Virus record (IMG/VR): IMGVR_UViG_3300012352_000355
Location: 1 to 64,000 of that record
Reading direction: 5' to 3' (one strand)
Length of the DNA stretch: 64,000 nt
DNA from: a virus
In this document: piece by piece, positions 38,395-49,339 of the stretch
How the letters are laid out: each line of letters begins with the position of its first letter
Position numbering within the stretch: the first letter of the stretch is position 1
Position numbers and translations under genes: made by a program
Notes under the pieces: model-generated
Databases searched by the model: none
Told to the model about the DNA's origin: nothing
The model's input: only the letters and a program-made list of their open reading frames with translations

Positions 38395-38424
38395 TTGACT
38401 TTTTTTGTTACAATCGTATATTTG
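38395..38424 (+). promoter_or_regulatory. promoter of the packaging/head operon
   Basis: TTGAC-N17-TATATTTG. Confidence 0.7.
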
Positions 38425-38448
38425 TTTAGCAAAAAACAAACCAAACCA

Positions 38449-38805
38449 ATGAAAGTAGCACGTAGATATGAAGAAGGAGTTAAGTTACATCAAGCATATA
38501 TTGATGTATTGCTTAGACTTGCAGGGTATAGATTATCAGATCTATACACTAGTATATTAGCCCATAGTTCCTACTACGGCACTTTAGACAAAGAAGTAAA
38601 AGAAAGAATCGCTGGTGAGTTTAACACATCAATTCAGGTAATCTCTAATGGAATTACCAGATTAAGAAAGATGGGCATCTTAGAAAAAAACATAGTCAAC
38701 CCAAGACTGTGTCCTACTAGCAAGCAAGGTGTTACACTCACATTGGTTCTTTCAACAGGCAACGGAGTAACTGAGAATAAGGCAGAGAGCGCAATAGCAG
38801 TATGA
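38449..38805 (+). CDS. winged-HTH DNA-binding protein
   Basis: KERIAGEFNTSIQVISNGITRLRKMGILEK; start reassigned to the ATG after the AACCAA leader. Confidence 0.7.
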   Translation: MKVARRYEEGVKLHQAYIDVLLRLAGYRLSDLYTSILAHSSYYGTLDKEVKERIAGEFNTSIQVISNGITRLRKMGILEKNIVNPRLCPTSKQGVTLTLVLSTGNGVTENKAESAIAV

Positions 38806-39344
38806 GGAAAGTAAAAGATAGGTATGAAGGTATTGAAATAAAAACTTATGCAGCTTACTCAGAAGTTGCTAAGGAAACTGGAATGACTATCGACCAAGTA
38901 AGCACTATCTACGAATGGTACTTAAAGAAGACCATAGACGAGATAAGAGATCTTCCTACTGTGAAAGTAAGAATGTCTGGCTTAGGAGTACTTGTATTTA
39001 ATCCTAACAAAGCAATCAAGATCATTGCTACTAAGATTAAGTCTGAGTATTTGATTACCCAGGAATCCAGAGAAGACTGTACAGCACTTAGAGGATATAA
39101 CAATTATTATATGCTCAAAGACTGGCTTAGGATTTTTGAAGAAAGGTACGAAAGAGGAAAGAGCAAGAAACTATACACAGACGTAGTAGTAGATTACATG
39201 GACAGAGAATTACTAAGACAAAAACAAAACCACAAAAATTTATATGAATCCTTACAAAGAGTACATGGCCCTGAGCCTGAAGGGTCTGAAGAATTTGAAC
39301 AAAGTCTTGGAGGGGGTAGCAACAAAGACAGCGAATCAATTTAA
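38802..39344 (+). CDS. HU/IHF-like protein
   Basis: SEVAKETGMTIDQVSTIY...VRMSGLGVL. Confidence 0.6.
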   Translation: MRKVKDRYEGIEIKTYAAYSEVAKETGMTIDQVSTIYEWYLKKTIDEIRDLPTVKVRMSGLGVLVFNPNKAIKIIATKIKSEYLITQESREDCTALRGYNNYYMLKDWLRIFEERYERGKSKKLYTDVVVDYMDRELLRQKQNHKNLYESLQRVHGPEPEGSEEFEQSLGGGSNKDSESI

Positions 39345-39627
39345 ACTATTGAGTAATGAAAAACAGAACGTTATCGCAGAGAGAATGGATATTTGTATCA
39401 AGTGTCCCTACAATTCAACAAACGCAGTCACTTCCCCTGAGTACCTACAACTTACGGGCGAACACTACAGCACCACAAGGACAGAACTACACTGTTCGTT
39501 TTGTGGTTGCATCTGCACCTACAAAACAGCATCCCTATCTTCAGATTGTGGAATAGAAACTTGGAATAACTCCAACCCTAACAACCCAGAAAAACACTTA
39601 GAATTATTATGGAAAAGAACAGAGTAA
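39244..39627 (+). CDS. Zn-finger protein
   Basis: CIKCP, CSFCGC, C..W motifs. Confidence 0.75.
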   Translation: MNPYKEYMALSLKGLKNLNKVLEGVATKTANQFKLLSNEKQNVIAERMDICIKCPYNSTNAVTSPEYLQLTGEHYSTTRTELHCSFCGCICTYKTASLSSDCGIETWNNSNPNNPEKHLELLWKRTE

Positions 39628-39740
39628 AAAAGACCACAATCAAGAATGGTTGTGACAAAAAGCCAGGAAGCAAGTGTGGAGTACAAATTTACTTCTTGCC
39701 TGCTGACAAACCTCTAACACAGGTTTCTTCTAAAAAATAA
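39609..39740 (+). CDS. small basic protein (43 aa)
   Basis: Manual: MEKNRVKKTTIKNGCDKKPGSKCGVQIYFLPADKPLTQVSSKK. Confidence 0.5.
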   Translation: MEKNRVKKTTIKNGCDKKPGSKCGVQIYFLPADKPLTQVSSKK

Positions 39741-39744
39741 GATT

Positions 39745-39951
39745 ATGGAAAACCACCAAGCCCCTAGTCCTCAACCTCACGTAGCCAATACTCTCCAAGA
39801 TAACTTATTTGAAACATTTAAGATCTTCTGGAAAGCAGGTTACTCTTATGGAAAGACAGGAAGGGATGAAGATTTTTATGCACGTGTCCTAGAAGACATT
39901 ATGAATATGAATCAGATCGACTTCCTAAAAAAGTACAACAATGGCAACTAA
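39745..39951 (+). CDS. hypothetical protein
   Basis: ORF track, tight packing. Confidence 0.65.
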   Translation: MENHQAPSPQPHVANTLQDNLFETFKIFWKAGYSYGKTGRDEDFYARVLEDIMNMNQIDFLKKYNNGN

Positions 39952-40258
39952 GAAATTATCATACATATCAGCAGAGTTAGAATGGGCAGAACAACGCCTA
40001 ACTGAGTGGAGGGCATACATTGATAACAATCCTATCAACGGACTCAAAGATAGGATTGAATGGAAGCCAACAGCTAAGGGAGGAACTATGCCTATGGTTA
40101 TTGCTAGCCAAGAATCTCAAATCAAATCTTTAAGAGATACTATGAAAGAGTACTTAGCTCTTTTAGAAGTAGTAGATAGATTGAGAGAGAAAGAAGAGCA
40201 GAAAGCAGAAGCTAGAGGTTCCCAAGAGATTAATGGTAAGATGAAACAGTTTAGTTAA
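39941..40258 (+). CDS. putative terminase small subunit
   Basis: Helical protein directly upstream of TerL, ending EARG; inferred from position. Confidence 0.5.
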   Translation: MATKKLSYISAELEWAEQRLTEWRAYIDNNPINGLKDRIEWKPTAKGGTMPMVIASQESQIKSLRDTMKEYLALLEVVDRLREKEEQKAEARGSQEINGKMKQFS

Positions 40259-40263
40259 TAGTT

Positions 40264-42273
40264 ATGTATCCAAATCTAGATAGTCCTGAATTCCTAATTA
40301 ACGTACAGAATCTCCCTGATATCACTTCAGAGGAGTATACTGCATTCTGGGAAAACGAGGACAAAAAGATTACAGAGGGTGTAACTATTAACGGATTCTA
40401 CTTTTCTCCTTTTATTTACTGGCACTTAAACTACTGGTCTATTTATGTGGACACTATGATAGGTAAGCGTCAGGTTCGTAAACTAGATAAGCCTCAGTTG
40501 TGGGATACCTACCTAGCAGTAGATGAGACTATCCACAAAGCTGAGAATCACGAAGACGGAAAGAAAGGAGTTGTAATGGTAGGATCTAGACGTATTTCTA
40601 AGTCAGTTCTTACTTCTTCTTACATGGCTCACAAGGCTGTAACACAGAAAGGATCTGACAATCTTATATCTGCGCTTAATCAACCTGACTTAAAAGTAAT
40701 CACAGACTACGTAGACTTAGGTCTTAGAAACCTTCCTGACTATTTTAGATTTCCCCGTATTGAGGATGACTGGAAGAAGCAGGTAACTTTAGGTTTTAAA
40801 GATAAAAAGACTAACGCTCGTAATGAGTGGTCTAAGTTTCATGTACGTAACTTCGATGAAGGTAACAATACGGAAGCAGCGGCAGGTCTTACTCTATCTT
40901 CGTTTCTTTTGGAAGAAGGAGGAAAAGGAAAGATCCTTAGTTGTCTAGCGGCAACTACTCCGTGTTTTGACAGTCCTTATGGATGGCGTTGTTCTCCTTT
41001 TGTAATTGGAACTTCTGGAGACATGAGTAAAGCAGCTGACCTAGAAGAACTTTTCAATAACCCAGAAGCTTATAACTTTCTTCCTGTAGAATCTAACGAA
41101 TCAGGAAAGTCTTACGGATTGTTTATTCCAGGAACTCGTTCTTTGAAAGTACCAAAAGAAGAAAAGCCTTTAGGACTTTACTTAGGTAAAGATGCTCCTT
41201 CTGAGTTAGATCTAATTAAGATCTGGGTAGCAGACGAAGAAAAAGGCAAAGACCAAATTCTTAAATCTAGAGAACAGATTAAAAAGTCTAGTGGATTAGA
41301 GACTTATTTGAAAGAAGTAATGTACTACCCACTTACTCATGAAGAGTGTTTCTTAGAACTGTCTCAGAATATCTTTCCAGTAGATTTACTTCAGGAACAA
41401 TTACAGAAACTAACAGCCCAGGAGATTGTAGCTGACAACGTAGAACTGTATACAGGATCTGAAGGAACCATTAGACACAAGTTTACAGATAAGAAAGCCG
41501 TTACAATGTTCCCAGTGAAGCCAACAGACGACATTGAGGGTTGCGTACAGATTTGGGAATATCCTCTCTCAGATGCTCCCTATGGGCTTTATACAGCAGG
41601 AACGGATCCATACAAACAATCACAGGCTCACTACTCAACTTCTTTAGGGTCTACTTATATCTACAAAAGAGTACATAGTCTTAATGGAGAAGGGTGGCAG
41701 AATATGGTTGTTGCTTGTTATACAGGTCGTCCTAAGAAGATTGAAACTTGGTACGAGACTACTAAGATGCTTCTTAAGTATTACAATGCTAAGACTCTTT
41801 GTGAAAACATGGACTACGGTTTTATCCAACACTGTGTAGATAAGAACGAATCTCCTAGAGTACTTGAGAAGACACCTAGATTCCTAAATGATATTCACCC
41901 TAACTCTACAGTTAATCGTGACTATGGTATTCACATGACTAAAGATATTAAAAACTATTTAATGTCTCTTATCATTGAATACATTACCGAAGTAGTAGAG
42001 ATAGAAAGAGATGCAGATGGAAACATAGTAAAAGAACGCTTAGGAGTAACCAGGATTCTAGATCCTGTACTGATTAAGGAATTAATTAAGTTCACACCTA
42101 AGTTAAACGTTGACCGAGTTATATCTTTTGGCTTGACATTGGCAATGGCTAAATCATTGAACACTCAGGTAATCATATCTGATGCAAGTCAAGACACTAG
42201 AATGCAAGCATACTTTAGAGAGAAGAAAGGGAACTCTCTATTCCGTACTTCATCATCTCCCTTCCGCTATTAA
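40264..42273 (+). CDS. terL: terminase large subunit
   Basis: GSRRISKS Walker A-like, LLEEGG Walker B, GTSG, GTDPY nuclease Asp, NVDRV. Confidence 0.92.
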   Translation: MYPNLDSPEFLINVQNLPDITSEEYTAFWENEDKKITEGVTINGFYFSPFIYWHLNYWSIYVDTMIGKRQVRKLDKPQLWDTYLAVDETIHKAENHEDGKKGVVMVGSRRISKSVLTSSYMAHKAVTQKGSDNLISALNQPDLKVITDYVDLGLRNLPDYFRFPRIEDDWKKQVTLGFKDKKTNARNEWSKFHVRNFDEGNNTEAAAGLTLSSFLLEEGGKGKILSCLAATTPCFDSPYGWRCSPFVIGTSGDMSKAADLEELFNNPEAYNFLPVESNESGKSYGLFIPGTRSLKVPKEEKPLGLYLGKDAPSELDLIKIWVADEEKGKDQILKSREQIKKSSGLETYLKEVMYYPLTHEECFLELSQNIFPVDLLQEQLQKLTAQEIVADNVELYTGSEGTIRHKFTDKKAVTMFPVKPTDDIEGCVQIWEYPLSDAPYGLYTAGTDPYKQSQAHYSTSLGSTYIYKRVHSLNGEGWQNMVVACYTGRPKKIETWYETTKMLLKYYNAKTLCENMDYGFIQHCVDKNESPRVLEKTPRFLNDIHPNSTVNRDYGIHMTKDIKNYLMSLIIEYITEVVEIERDADGNIVKERLGVTRILDPVLIKELIKFTPKLNVDRVISFGLTLAMAKSLNTQVIISDASQDTRMQAYFREKKGNSLFRTSSSPFRY

Positions 42274-42298
42274 CTAAAACTAAAATAAATATACTGAA

Positions 42299-44752
42299 AT
42301 GATTATTGAATCTCTCAAAGAGTACACTGATCCACTAAATCACGCTTATTTCTACCCTGAGCAATTTGTAAGCTTATCGGAGAAAGAGAAAGAGCAGTGG
42401 ATTAAGTCTACTATGGACTACTTTGCAAATATTGCATTCTCGCAGTATAAGCAAAATATCAACTTCAGAAAGAACTACCGTTTGCTTAACGGTGAATTCA
42501 ACTTTGCTGACTACACAAACGTTCCTGAGTATCAGGAGTTGATGAGTTATTTAAGTGATGTTCCAGATCAGGAACCTGAGGTACCTCAACACTTGAAGCA
42601 CTACCCAATAGTGAACCCTCCTATCAACCAGTTGAAGGGTGAATTGATTAATCGCCCTCACAAATACAAAGTAAAAGCTGTAGATGATGAGGCTATCAAT
42701 GAGACTATTGACTTTAGAACTGAATTGATTAAGGAACACTTTCTTCAGAAGTTGCAAGCACAGTTAGAAGGACAACCTATAGATCCAGAACAAGAGGCTC
42801 AAATGCAAAAAGAGATTCAGGATAAAATCTTGGATTATACTTCAGTTGCTGAAGAATGGGGTAACAAAACTCTTAACGCTCTTAAGTACCACTTTAACTT
42901 TAGAGAAAAGTCACAAGGATCTTTCTTAGATTTCTTGGTAACGGGTAAAGAGTTTCACCACTTCTACCCTGATAACTCTCGCTTAGGTTTTAACTATAAA
43001 GTAGAGAACCCATCTAACGTATGGTACTTGGCTAACCGTAATGCTCAGTATACTTCTGATTGTTGGGCATTAGGTCTTATCGAAGTTCTTTCTATGACTG
43101 AGATTGTAGAACGTTACAATCTAACAGGAGAAGAAGTAGAACATCTTAAGAATCGTTCTCTGCAAAACCTAAGAAACAATGAGTACTCTCCTTTGGCTCC
43201 TGCTCTTCCAGATCCTAACGATCCTTTGTGGCAGTTGACATTTGAGAACGTAGGTGACTTTGCTAACGGAGGTATTGACCATAACGTATTCTCATTTAAC
43301 TCTCAGCACTCTTACACAGTTGTTACTTCTTACTGGCAGTCTAAAAAGAAAATCTTCAAAAGAACTTACTTAGACGAAGAAGGATTCCAACAAGAGATGT
43401 TTGTATCTGAAGACTACAAGATGGACAAAACTCTAGGTGATGTTAGTCTGGAAGAACTTTGGATTAACGAATGGTGGAGGGGTATCAAGATTGGAGCAGA
43501 CATCTACGTATGCGTAGAACCCCTAGAGTTTACTCAACAGGCTCCTATCGTAGGTATCATCAATACTACTCGTAATACTCAAGGTAAATCTCTTCTAGAT
43601 CTTCTTAAGCCTTATCAGGTTCTTTACAACATCTGTATGAACCAGTTGTGGGAGTTGCTTGAAAAAGAGATTGGAGTTGTGTTCTTAGGTGACCTTAAAG
43701 TTGTTCCTAAGAAAGATTCTCAAGATCCAATCGAGACAATGTTGTGGAATGCTAAGAACAGAGGTACTCTTTTGATTGATACTTCTATCGAGAATACAGG
43801 AGGAGCTGTACAGTTCAACCAGTTCTCTCGTTTAGATCTTACACGTTCTCAAGAAATCCAAGCACGTATCCAATTAGCTCAGCAACTTCGTTTAGAAGCC
43901 TATGAACTAGTAGGTCTTACTCGTCAACGTCTAGGTAACTCTCAAGCATCAGATACAGCAACAGCTGCTAACAATGCTTTGATTCAATCCTTTGCTCAGA
44001 CAGAGACTTGGTTTGCTTGGCATGATAACATCTTGCAGAAGGTTTACCAGACTATCCTGGATATGGCTCAATACATTGAGTTGCAGAAACCTACTTCTAC
44101 GCTTAACTATCTGAACTCTGAACTAGAGACTGTATTCTTACAAGTAAGCAAGAACGAACTTCTTCATGAACTATTTGTGTTTGTTTCTTCTTACGCTGAG
44201 GATAAAGTAACACTAGAACAATTGAAGCAACTGGCTCAGCCTGCTATGCAGAATGGAGCAGAGCTTTCTGAGATGGTAGATTTGTTTACTGCTAACTCTG
44301 AAAGAAGTCTTCGTAAGACCTTGGCCGATGTACAGACTCGTAAAGAAGCTATTCGTCAACAAGAGCAAGCAATCAAGCAACAACAGTTGGAACAACAACA
44401 AGCACAATTCGAACAGAAAATGCAGATGGATGCAGCTCAAAAAGCAGAGGATGCACGCAGAGAAGATATGAACAAGCAGCTTGATCGTGAGAACAGACTT
44501 CAGGTAGTACAGCTTCAAGGTATTGCTAACGAGGGTTCTTATAATCCTGAAGTAGATACTACTGGACTCCTAATTGAACAAACTAAAATAGCTCAAGATA
44601 TTTCTAAGCAAACTTTTGAAAAAGTAACTAAGAATAAAGAGCTAAGTTTAAAGGAGAAAGAGTTGTCTCTCAAGGAGAAAGACATAGATACTAAGTTAAA
44701 AATAGCTCAAACAAATAAAAATAAATACGATTCAAGCTCAAAAAAGAAATAA
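42299..44752 (+). CDS. portal protein
   Basis: 817 aa after TerL; HYPIVNPPINQLKGE, LLKPYQVLYNI, GLTRQRLG, Q-rich C-terminal coil. Confidence 0.9.
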   Translation: MIIESLKEYTDPLNHAYFYPEQFVSLSEKEKEQWIKSTMDYFANIAFSQYKQNINFRKNYRLLNGEFNFADYTNVPEYQELMSYLSDVPDQEPEVPQHLKHYPIVNPPINQLKGELINRPHKYKVKAVDDEAINETIDFRTELIKEHFLQKLQAQLEGQPIDPEQEAQMQKEIQDKILDYTSVAEEWGNKTLNALKYHFNFREKSQGSFLDFLVTGKEFHHFYPDNSRLGFNYKVENPSNVWYLANRNAQYTSDCWALGLIEVLSMTEIVERYNLTGEEVEHLKNRSLQNLRNNEYSPLAPALPDPNDPLWQLTFENVGDFANGGIDHNVFSFNSQHSYTVVTSYWQSKKKIFKRTYLDEEGFQQEMFVSEDYKMDKTLGDVSLEELWINEWWRGIKIGADIYVCVEPLEFTQQAPIVGIINTTRNTQGKSLLDLLKPYQVLYNICMNQLWELLEKEIGVVFLGDLKVVPKKDSQDPIETMLWNAKNRGTLLIDTSIENTGGAVQFNQFSRLDLTRSQEIQARIQLAQQLRLEAYELVGLTRQRLGNSQASDTATAANNALIQSFAQTETWFAWHDNILQKVYQTILDMAQYIELQKPTSTLNYLNSELETVFLQVSKNELLHELFVFVSSYAEDKVTLEQLKQLAQPAMQNGAELSEMVDLFTANSERSLRKTLADVQTRKEAIRQQEQAIKQQQLEQQQAQFEQKMQMDAAQKAEDARREDMNKQLDRENRLQVVQLQGIANEGSYNPEVDTTGLLIEQTKIAQDISKQTFEKVTKNKELSLKEKELSLKEKDIDTKLKIAQTNKNKYDSSSKKK

Positions 44753-44887
44753 AATGAGCTTAAAGTAGGGGGTTTTTGAGCCTGAAAATCCCCTATTTTA
44801 ACTTAATGTGTATATCATAACCAAAATTATTAATCTCTTGTGTTAATTTTTTAAAATATTACTTTTGAATTAAACCAAACTAACCTT

Positions 44888-46021
44888 ATGACACCTAATA
44901 GTTCTTTAGAGAATCTAGAGTTCTTTGACAGTTTTTCCGTAGATGATCCAATTGATTTGGATACTCCTGTTGAAGATCCCAATGCAAACATCAAACCCGA
45001 TATCCTAGGAGGAGAAGAGTTTGATCCTTTGGAAGAAGAGGAAGAAGATAATCCTCCAACACCACCAACACCGCCTAAGACTCCTGCCCCTGCACCCGCA
45101 GAAGAAGAGGAAGAAGAAATAGATCTAGAAGACGATAACGAAGACGAAGAAGAAAATTACTTTGAAGTATTCGGTAAAGGTCTTGCCAAAGCAGGAATGC
45201 TTAACGTAGAAGAAGGAGAAGAAATTGAGTGGACTGAACAAACGTTCTTAGATAAGATGAATGAAACCATCGAAGACAGAGCATGGAATCAGTTAGAGCA
45301 ATTGGCTACAGAGACCTACGGAGAAGCAGGAGTACAAATGATCGAAGATATCTTCATCAACAAAGTCCCTGTTCAAGAATACTTACAGATGTTCTCTAAT
45401 GAACAGATTGTAGAGAATGTAGACTTGAGCGTAGAAGCAAACCAAGAAAGAGTTTTCCGTTTGTATCTAGCTAAAACAGGAATGGACGAGGATGAGATTA
45501 CAGATCAACTTAACTACGCTAGAGACAATGATCGCCTAGAAGCATACTCTCAGAAATACCACGGTAAACTGGTAGAGAAGATGCAGCAGGAAAGAGCAAC
45601 ACTCGCACAAGAGAGTGAAGCACGAGTACAGGCGATGAGACAGAAAGAAGAAGAAAGAGAGCAGTTATATGCTGACGTACTTGATGGAGCAATTGCTTCT
45701 GGAGCTATCGAAGGATACCCAATCAATGAACAGTCTGCAAGTGAGCTTTTTGATTTCGTTCTTTCTAAACCACACGTTCTTCCCAATGGTCAGCGTATTA
45801 GTGAGTTTGAATACAAACTAGCTAAGATGCGTCAAGAAGATCCAAGTAAGTTCTTAGCTGTAGCAAAACTTGTTCAAAGTGATTTGGACTTGACTCCTGT
45901 AAAAAGAAAAGCTGTTACGGATGAGACTAATTCTCTCTTCAATGATTTAAAGACCAAGAGCAAAAAGTCGACTAAGCCCTCAAAATCTAATGACGACCTA
46001 TTCTCAAGGTACTTCAAATAA
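44888..46021 (+). CDS. acidic scaffolding-like protein
   Basis: Very acidic N-terminus; between portal and MCP. Confidence 0.7.
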   Translation: MTPNSSLENLEFFDSFSVDDPIDLDTPVEDPNANIKPDILGGEEFDPLEEEEEDNPPTPPTPPKTPAPAPAEEEEEEIDLEDDNEDEEENYFEVFGKGLAKAGMLNVEEGEEIEWTEQTFLDKMNETIEDRAWNQLEQLATETYGEAGVQMIEDIFINKVPVQEYLQMFSNEQIVENVDLSVEANQERVFRLYLAKTGMDEDEITDQLNYARDNDRLEAYSQKYHGKLVEKMQQERATLAQESEARVQAMRQKEEEREQLYADVLDGAIASGAIEGYPINEQSASELFDFVLSKPHVLPNGQRISEFEYKLAKMRQEDPSKFLAVAKLVQSDLDLTPVKRKAVTDETNSLFNDLKTKSKKSTKPSKSNDDLFSRYFK

Positions 46022-46052
46022 AAACACAAAAACAAAAAAATAAATTACTACT

Positions 46053-47576
46053 ATGCCTAATCAAAGTATTCCACATGTTAATGGGAGAGTTATAGCTAAC
46101 GCTCACATGACAAGCTCATTCTATTCTAAGAATGGTTTGGGTAAATTGACAGACAAGAATTTTGTTGAAACTATGTTGCGCACTAAGCCTGACCAGTATG
46201 ACAAAATGATGATCCGTCTTTTCACTGACACTAAATTGTACAAGAACGACCTTTTGGATTTGGTCATGAAGACTGGTAAGCCTTTCATGGTTAACGATCC
46301 TAACGGTGTCTTCACCTACAAAATCAAGAAGCGTGCTGAGTTGCCTAAAATCATCATCAGTACTGGTGCTTCTAATCCTGGTAGAGATGGTTCTGTATTC
46401 GAATTAGTGTTTGACAAGAACGTATTCGTTGTAAACGATATCGTAACTGCTCACCGCTACGAGCAAGAGACTCAAATCCAGATCGTATCTGAGGGAGAGA
46501 AATTCCAAAACGGTTTCAAATATAAGTGTACTGCTGTTGGCGCTTCTGCTGCTGATTTCGTAGATGCTCGTTTCTTGGCTGTAGGAGTTGAGTACTTCAA
46601 GATCGGTAACGTATTGGGTGAGTACACCACTTCATTCTCTAGCTTGGGATTGTTCGATGGTAACTTGGAAGTAATGGCTGACGTATTGCAACAGTATGGT
46701 GTTGAACACACTATCACTGACTGGGCTGATGCTACTAAATTGGGTATGCAAACTGATGCAGCTGGTAATCCTATGGATATCACTTACTACTCAGTTTCTG
46801 ATCCTATGGCTGAAGGCGAAAAGACCAAGATTGTTGGTTGGGAGCCTACTGTATCTCGTTTGTTGCGTATGGAAATGTTGCGTATGAAGGCTAACACTTT
46901 GATGTGGGGTCGTCAAGGTAACGGTAAAGACGAAAAAGGTCGTCCTACTCGTGCCAAGCAAGGTTTGTGGCAGCAATTGCACTTGGGTAACGTTATCTAC
47001 TATGATCGTGGCCAGTTCTCTTTGAACTTGATTCGTACTGCTATCGGTGACTTGTTCTACAACCGTGTGTTGATTAAAGATCGTAGCGTGAAGATCTACA
47101 CTAACCGTTCTGGTATGGAGTTGGCTTCTACTGCTATCCGCAAAGACTTCAACGGTCAGAACTTTACTGTATCTGCTGATAAGTTCTTGGATGGTAAAGA
47201 TCGTACCAAGCAAGGTTACGCTTTCCAATTCGATCACTTCATGACCACTGAAACTGGTCCTGTAGAATTCGTAGAATTGGAACAGTTGAACGAGCATGCT
47301 ACTTTCTTGGAGTTGGGTCCTAACAAGAAGACTCCTCCAATCTTCATCATCTTGGATGTAAGTGGTCAAGAAGACGCTGGTATCCGTGAGGTAAAATTGT
47401 CTACTCGCCCTAACATGTACTACCAGTACATTGCAGGTTCAGTAGGATTTGGTGCTCAACAGACATCAATCGCTAACAAAGATCCTTACAGTACCTACAT
47501 CATGAAGGACTTCTGTGGTATCTTCTTGGAAGATCCTACCAAGACTGTAATCATTAAAGAATTCCCTCGCATCTAA
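46053..47576 (+). CDS. major capsid protein (crAss-like)
   Basis: 507 aa, strongly biased codons, GEYTT, LMWGR, QGLWQQL, DPTK C-terminal motifs; synteny. Confidence 0.88.
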   Translation: MPNQSIPHVNGRVIANAHMTSSFYSKNGLGKLTDKNFVETMLRTKPDQYDKMMIRLFTDTKLYKNDLLDLVMKTGKPFMVNDPNGVFTYKIKKRAELPKIIISTGASNPGRDGSVFELVFDKNVFVVNDIVTAHRYEQETQIQIVSEGEKFQNGFKYKCTAVGASAADFVDARFLAVGVEYFKIGNVLGEYTTSFSSLGLFDGNLEVMADVLQQYGVEHTITDWADATKLGMQTDAAGNPMDITYYSVSDPMAEGEKTKIVGWEPTVSRLLRMEMLRMKANTLMWGRQGNGKDEKGRPTRAKQGLWQQLHLGNVIYYDRGQFSLNLIRTAIGDLFYNRVLIKDRSVKIYTNRSGMELASTAIRKDFNGQNFTVSADKFLDGKDRTKQGYAFQFDHFMTTETGPVEFVELEQLNEHATFLELGPNKKTPPIFIILDVSGQEDAGIREVKLSTRPNMYYQYIAGSVGFGAQQTSIANKDPYSTYIMKDFCGIFLEDPTKTVIIKEFPRI

Positions 47577-47591
47577 TTGCGAATCTATGAC

Positions 47592-47616
47592 GGAGGGGGT
47601 TTAATATCCCCCTCCT
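47592..47616 (+). terminator. hairpin after MCP
   Basis: GGAGGGGG-loop-CCCCCTCC. Confidence 0.6.
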
Positions 47617-47655
47617 AATTAGATAAAGTTAGAACTAAACCAAAAACCAAACCAA

Positions 47656-48594
47656 ATGAGTAAACAAATAGCACAGGGAGTGCGTATTATTCGTCCCTTC
47701 AAACGTCAACCATCTAGCATGCGCACCTTAGAGGGTTCATTGTACCAGAATGGATACAACTTCATTCCAGGAACAGTAAGAAAATTTTTCCCACGAGTTG
47801 ATTCACGTGGAGTAATTCGGACAGGATTAGACGAGAACTCTCCAAAGTTCCGTGGAATCTTCGACCTAAAAGTTAGAGAGCAAGAGATTCAAAGAGTTAC
47901 CCAACTTAGAGAATACTACGAGTCTATCCTAGACGAGTCCTTGTTGCCTAACAGTACGTTCTATGACGAAATCAAAGAAAATGGCTATACTCTAGAAGAT
48001 GGTGACAACCTCTTCAATATGGAGAATCCAAGAGACGCAATCAACTTCTATTGGTTAATGGAAACTGATATGGTTGCTGCTTCTATGGATGATATAGAAA
48101 GTGGTAAGGTCGATACATCAATTGTAAAATTCTACGTTTACAATGGTGATGTTGAAACCAAGACAACCTTTGAGCGTAAGAAGAAGATCAACAGCGCTAT
48201 TGCATCTCTTGATAAGATGACTGCAAGCAAGCGTAAGAAGGTTCAGAAACTTATCGGCTTAGGTTTGCCTATGGATGCTACAGAAGAAGAAGTTTACAAT
48301 GCAGTAGATGAATTCCTCCGTACACCTGCCTCTGCTCTAGATAGAGACCCTATCGAACAGTTTAACAGAATCATGGCTTACAGTGATGATTTGTTAGATG
48401 TTAAGTCTCTAGTTAGAGATCTAGTAGATAAAAACATAGTTAGAATTAAAGGTTCTATTGTATACGAAGGTGAGCATGTGTGGTCTAAGTCAATTGAAGA
48501 GTTTGAACTTTTCTTGGCAGATCCTAAGAACACTGAAGAGTACACAGCCTTTAAAGAAAAACTAAAGAACAAAGCACGAATTGACGCTCTATAA
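47656..48594 (+). CDS. conserved crAss-like protein following MCP
   Basis: RTGLDE motif, synteny. Confidence 0.7.
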   Translation: MSKQIAQGVRIIRPFKRQPSSMRTLEGSLYQNGYNFIPGTVRKFFPRVDSRGVIRTGLDENSPKFRGIFDLKVREQEIQRVTQLREYYESILDESLLPNSTFYDEIKENGYTLEDGDNLFNMENPRDAINFYWLMETDMVAASMDDIESGKVDTSIVKFYVYNGDVETKTTFERKKKINSAIASLDKMTASKRKKVQKLIGLGLPMDATEEEVYNAVDEFLRTPASALDRDPIEQFNRIMAYSDDLLDVKSLVRDLVDKNIVRIKGSIVYEGEHVWSKSIEEFELFLADPKNTEEYTAFKEKLKNKARIDAL

Positions 48595-48611
48595 TAAACT
48601 AAATAACTGAT

Positions 48612-49328
48612 ATGATCCCTGTTGAGGAACTCATCTATGAGTTTAAACTAACTTTAAATAAAATCAATCGCCAGGATAACATTGATATCCCGATTGAAGA
48701 TATTATAGTTTACCTCAACAAGGCTCAGATTAGCTGGGTTAAAACAAAGATTAACCCTAACAATGTTTACAAAGTAGGGTACGATTCGATAAGGAAACGG
48801 GTTGATGATCTTCAGGTTCTGAAGGAAAGCAATGTTCCCTTAAAGCCAATAAAAACAAACGATCTCTTTCATGTCGGATATGATTGTCCTTTGAAAGATG
48901 CAGCAAACTATATGTTCTATATTTCGTCTTATGCTATGGCTAAAAACGGCACTTGTGTTGAGCCAATAACAGTAGACTTAATTAGACATGGGGAACTTAC
49001 GACTAAGTATCTAGATGCAAATTACAACCCTTCGTTTGAGTGGAGAACAACTATAGCCACACTGGGGAACGATAATTTGACTATATATACTGATAGTAAG
49101 TTTCAGATTCAAAAAGTGTTTATGACGTACTTACGTTATCCCCTCAATATAGATGTAGAGGGCTACGTTAAGTTTGACGGAACAACATCTAAGAATCAAA
49201 ACTCAGAACTTCCTGAGTATGCTAAGTCAGACCTAGTCGATTTAGCTGTGAAGTTCGCTGCTCAATCTACAGATAATCAAGCTCAGGCAGTGTTTGCCGA
49301 AGATCGTTTAAACAAAAATACTGAATAA
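48612..49328 (+). CDS. head-tail ring/connector protein
   Basis: LNKAQ, KRVDDLQVL, YLRYP, ELPE..LVDLAV; synteny. Confidence 0.7.
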   Translation: MIPVEELIYEFKLTLNKINRQDNIDIPIEDIIVYLNKAQISWVKTKINPNNVYKVGYDSIRKRVDDLQVLKESNVPLKPIKTNDLFHVGYDCPLKDAANYMFYISSYAMAKNGTCVEPITVDLIRHGELTTKYLDANYNPSFEWRTTIATLGNDNLTIYTDSKFQIQKVFMTYLRYPLNIDVEGYVKFDGTTSKNQNSELPEYAKSDLVDLAVKFAAQSTDNQAQAVFAEDRLNKNTE

Positions 49329-49339
49329 TATATAAAACT